DNA of 64,000 bases from an uncultured Gemmatimonadales bacterium (GTDB lineage: Bacteria; Gemmatimonadota; Gemmatimonadetes; Gemmatimonadales; Gemmatimonadaceae): contig CAWKMU010000003.1 in the NCBI GenBank assembly GCA_963850905.1, positions 512,001 to 576,000 on the forward strand. Reading direction: 5' to 3'. Every line of letters begins with the position of its first letter. Position 1 is the first letter of the stretch. Of this stretch, positions 59,784 to 64,000 are shown one piece after another. The translations under genes were made by a program, and so were the position numbers. The notes beneath the pieces were generated by a model. That model saw nothing but the letters and a program-made list of their open reading frames with translations. It searched no databases and had not been told where the DNA came from.

Positions 59784-60590
59784 TCAAATCGGGCCAACGC
59801 CCCGCTCGTAGCGAAGCGCACGGAGTATCGTCAATGGCACCAGCGCCAGCAGGATCAGCACGGCCGCGACCGGCAGTGCCTCCGGCAAACCGTAGCTCGT
59901 GAAGCGATCGTAGCTCAGCACGCTCGCGACTTTGGGATTGTAAGTCAGGATCACGATCGCGCCAAACTCGCTGATCGCGCGCGCCCACATCACGACTGCG
60001 GCCGCGACGAGCCCACGCTTTGCGAGCGGGAGTGTCACGCGACGAAACACACGCCAGGCGGGATCGCCAAGCGTGCGCGCCACGGCCTCATATCGGGGGT
60101 CGACTCGCGCAAACGTCTCACGAGCCGCACTCAGAAACAGTGGCGCGGAGACGAACAACATGGCGCAGACAATGCCGACCGCAGACCCCGTGATGCGAAA
60201 CCCGATCGCGAGGAGCGCGCGCCCCAACGGCGACTGGCGGCCGAGGGCGAGGAGGAGGGCAATCCCCGCGACGGGGTGCGGGATCATGAGCGGCAGATCC
60301 AGCACCGCCGCGAGCAGCGCACGACCCCGAAACGCGCGACGAGCGATGAAGTACGCAATCGGCGTCCCACCTACCGCCCCGAGCACGGTCGCGGTCGTCG
60401 CGGTGACGGCCGTGAGCACGAGAGCATTGCGCAATTCCACGTCGGACCCGAGCTCCGCGAGGCCGTGCGCGCCACCGGCCGCGACCAGGCCGAGCACCGG
60501 GACAGCGAGGAACAGCAGGAAGCACGAGGCCACCAGCGCGGCGAGCACGGTGGCGACCCGATACCGCAAGCCGTCATTCAGTGGTGGCAT
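59784..60590 (-). CDS. Molybdate/tungstate ABC transporter permease (ModB/WtpB-like)
   Basis: LDLPLMIPHPVAGIALL, YEAVARTLG, WARAISEFGA. Confidence 0.88.
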   Translation of the reverse strand: MPPLNDGLRYRVATVLAALVASCFLLFLAVPVLGLVAAGGAHGLAELGSDVELRNALVLTAVTATTATVLGAVGGTPIAYFIARRAFRGRALLAAVLDLPLMIPHPVAGIALLLALGRQSPLGRALLAIGFRITGSAVGIVCAMLFVSAPLFLSAARETFARVDPRYEAVARTLGDPAWRVFRRVTLPLAKRGLVAAAVVMWARAISEFGAIVILTYNPKVASVLSYDRFTSYGLPEALPVAAVLILLALVPLTILRALRYERGVGPI

Positions 60591-60710
60591 GTCGCATATT
60601 ACCGTACGCCAGCAGTCTTGCGCGAGGTCGGGGCAACGCAGCACGTCGCCCTCCTGCACCGCCCGACGCCACTGCGCAGTGAGGAAGTCGTTGACCCGAG
60701 TAGGGAATTG

Positions 60711-61667
<957 letters not shown>

Positions 61668-61811
61668 GGGAGGGGCATCGGGTGACGGGTTACGGGTCAC
61701 GGGTGAGCAAACCGTGAAGCGGATTCTCACACGCACTGGCTGGCTCATACGGTTTGTGCCACCCGGAACCCGTCACCCGAAACCCGAAACGCGATCGTGC
61801 GGACGCCACGG

Positions 61812-63095
61812 ATGAAGAAATTCTGGGCCATCGCCCGTCGCGAGTACATGGAGCGGATCCGGTCCCGCTGGTTCTTTTTCGCCACGATCGCCGGACCGCT
61901 GTTCTTCGGGTTGATCATCATCGTGCCGCTGGTACTCACCAATCAGGCGCATGCCTCGGTGGACATCTCGCACATTCTCGTGCTCGATGCGACGGGCACC
62001 GATCTCGGACACCGCGTGGCGAGCGTGCTCCGGCTCGGCCCCCAGGGCGACACGATGCGCGCGGTCGTCCGCCAGGTCGAGCCGCAGGATCTCGCCGCGG
62101 CGGAGGACTCCGCCACACGCGAGGTCATGCACCATGAGCGCATCGGATATCTCGTGCTCGACAGCGCGGCGCTGGCCGGCGGCGACGTGCACTACGCCGG
62201 ACGCAACGCGTCAGCCATCGGCGACATCGACTTCCTCACGCAGATCGTGCGCCGGGCGATTCTCGCGCAGCGGCTGGAGCGCGAAGGCCTGTCGCCCGCG
62301 CGCAGCCAACAGTTGACGGCTCTGCAGACGCGAGTGACCGCCGACCGGATCACCGACCGGGGACGTGGCGGCTCCGGGCTGCTGAGCGCAATCGTGGCGT
62401 ACACGCTCGGGTTCATGCTCTACACCATGATCGTGATCTATGGCAATGTCATTCTTCGGGGCGTGGTGGACGAGAAATCGACGCGCGTGGCCGAAGTAGT
62501 GGTCGCGAGTGCGCCCCCTGACACACTGCTCGCCGGCAAAGTCATTGGTGTCAGTGGAGTGGCACTCACGCAGGTCGCCGCGTGGGCGGTGCTGTCGACC
62601 GTGGTCTATCGCCTTCGCGACGTGGTGCTGGCGCGATTCGGCCTGGACTCGCCAGCGATTCCATTGCCTTCGATCGAGCTCGGCACGGGCATCGCCCTGG
62701 TGTTGCTCCTCGCGCTCGGCTTCCTCGCCTACGCCGCGCTCTTTGCCGCCATGGGGGCTATGGTGAGCAACCAGGATGACGCCCAGCAGGCAGCGCTGCC
62801 GGTGACGATGGTCGTGATCTGCGCCGTCGTGCTGATTCCGCCAGTCCTGGTTGAGCCCAACGGCGCGCTCGCACGATTCGCATCGTGGTTCCCCTTCAGT
62901 GCCCCCATCCTCATGCCGGTCCGCATGACCGTCGTCCAGGTCCCCTGGTACGAGATCGCCGGCACCCTCTGCGGCGTCGCCCTCGGCTGCGTCGCCGCCG
63001 TATGGGTCGCCGCCCGCATCTATCGCGTCGGCCTGCTCATGTACGGCAAGCGACCAAGCCTGCGCGAGCTGGCGCGCTGGGTGGCGAGAAGCTAG
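61812..63095 (+). CDS. ABC-2 type permease (NatB/YhaP-like)
   Basis: IARREY.ERIRS, GVVDEKSTRVAEV, LLAGKVIG, RIYRVGLLMYGK. Confidence 0.92.
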   Translation: MKKFWAIARREYMERIRSRWFFFATIAGPLFFGLIIIVPLVLTNQAHASVDISHILVLDATGTDLGHRVASVLRLGPQGDTMRAVVRQVEPQDLAAAEDSATREVMHHERIGYLVLDSAALAGGDVHYAGRNASAIGDIDFLTQIVRRAILAQRLEREGLSPARSQQLTALQTRVTADRITDRGRGGSGLLSAIVAYTLGFMLYTMIVIYGNVILRGVVDEKSTRVAEVVVASAPPDTLLAGKVIGVSGVALTQVAAWAVLSTVVYRLRDVVLARFGLDSPAIPLPSIELGTGIALVLLLALGFLAYAALFAAMGAMVSNQDDAQQAALPVTMVVICAVVLIPPVLVEPNGALARFASWFPFSAPILMPVRMTVVQVPWYEIAGTLCGVALGCVAAVWVAARIYRVGLLMYGKRPSLRELARWVARS

Positions 63096-63268
63096 GGGTC
63101 AGGGGCCAGGGAGTTAGCAAAGGAAGGCCGGCAGCCCTGCACCGCGACCGGCCTTGGACCGGTAGGGGCGACGCCTTGCGTCGCCCGCCGTTGCCGTCGT
63201 ATTTGGCGGTTGTCGTTCCCTGGCCCCTGACCCTTGACCCCTGACCCCTGATCCCGCCGTTTACCGTC

Positions 63269-63676
63269 TCAGGTCTCCACCCGCGGCTTGCTGAGCGACG
63301 ACCTCAGATCTCCGATCACGCTGTCGATCTGCTGCTCGGCGACCTGCCGGAGGCCGCGCAGCAGATACACCATGATCCCGTCGATCACGCCGGCGACGCG
63401 GCTCGTCTGCTGCCGCAGCACCGGCCTGCTCCAATCCTCACTGAGCGTGCTCCGGTCCGCCCCCGGCGGCCGCATGGTCTCGACAGATCCCCGATAGCGG
63501 TTGCTGGCCACTCCGAGTGCAGCACCGGCGCCGACCGCGATCCCGAGCGCAGTCCACGGATGATCGCGAATCTGTTGCATCACGTTCACTTTCTGCTCGA
63601 GTTCAGCCAAGGTGGTCGACATTCGCTCTCGAGTTACTTCGATGTCGCGTCGGACTGCATCTGGCGTGTCAACCAT
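63269..63676 (-). CDS. DUF3618-domain protein
   Basis: DAVRRDIEVTRERMSTTLAEL and HPWTALGIAVGAG; lies downstream of a holin-like gene. Confidence 0.8.
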   Translation of the reverse strand: MVDTPDAVRRDIEVTRERMSTTLAELEQKVNVMQQIRDHPWTALGIAVGAGAALGVASNRYRGSVETMRPPGADRSTLSEDWSRPVLRQQTSRVAGVIDGIMVYLLRGLRQVAEQQIDSVIGDLRSSLSKPRVET

Positions 63677-64000
63677 TCCGCGTCCTCCTTGAGGGTCTCG
63701 AGCGTCTGCGCCGGCCGTAACCGCGCAACCGAGAATAGCCGCGCCCCCCGCGACGCTGCGATGGCGGCCACGATCCCGGAGAGCACGGACACGATCAGCG
63801 CCGCAAGCCAGTACCGGCCCACTATCCATGGTTCGCCAATCAGGAACACCAGTCCGACGAGTATGGCCAACCCGCCGAGCAGGAGCAGTACACTCCCGGC
63901 TGCCACGCGAAAGGTGCCGCCCGCCGCGAGACCGGCCAGGTTGCCGAGCTCGACTTGGATGAGGCGCGCCTCATGCCGCACGAGCTCGGCTGTACCCTCC
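63634..64000 (-). CDS. Phage-holin-like (YqjE/superfamily III) membrane protein, 5' end outside the window
   Basis: LVRHEARL..E, two TMs, P.QTLETLKED..W. Confidence 0.8.
   Translation of the reverse strand, partial: EGTAELVRHEARLIQVELGNLAGLAAGGTFRVAAGSVLLLLGGLAILVGLVFLIGEPWIVGRYWLAALIVSVLSGIVAAIAASRGARLFSVARLRPAQTLETLKEDAEWLTRQMQSDATSK

Overview
A GC-rich bacterial chromosomal segment; the gene repertoire and intergenic repeat style suggest Gemmatimonadota (inference only). It is mostly housekeeping: split LigD domains, a PAS-GGDEF-EAL protein, msrA, rnz, idi, thiC with a TPP riboswitch, a suf operon with two SufU-like genes, an ECF sigma/anti-sigma/DUF4097 cluster and several ABC transporters. 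There is no integrase, transposase or CRISPR array. The most notable items are: (1) a tRNA-Gln(CUG) gene split inside the anticodon by a 222-nt group I (IC3-like) intron; (2) a MacB/FtsX-type ABC operon whose second permease appears split into two complementary genes, with the N-terminal half fused to an AttH/lipocalin-like domain; (3) an adenine methyltransferase + SNF2-like helicase module with no evident nuclease; (4) about 20 GTAG-led REP-like palindromes, nearly all on one strand and often inside composite elements with interchangeable inverted heptamer arms. Several frameshifts (sufB, sufD, sufS, anti-sigma, holin-like gene, possibly the MTase) are most likely assembly indels.
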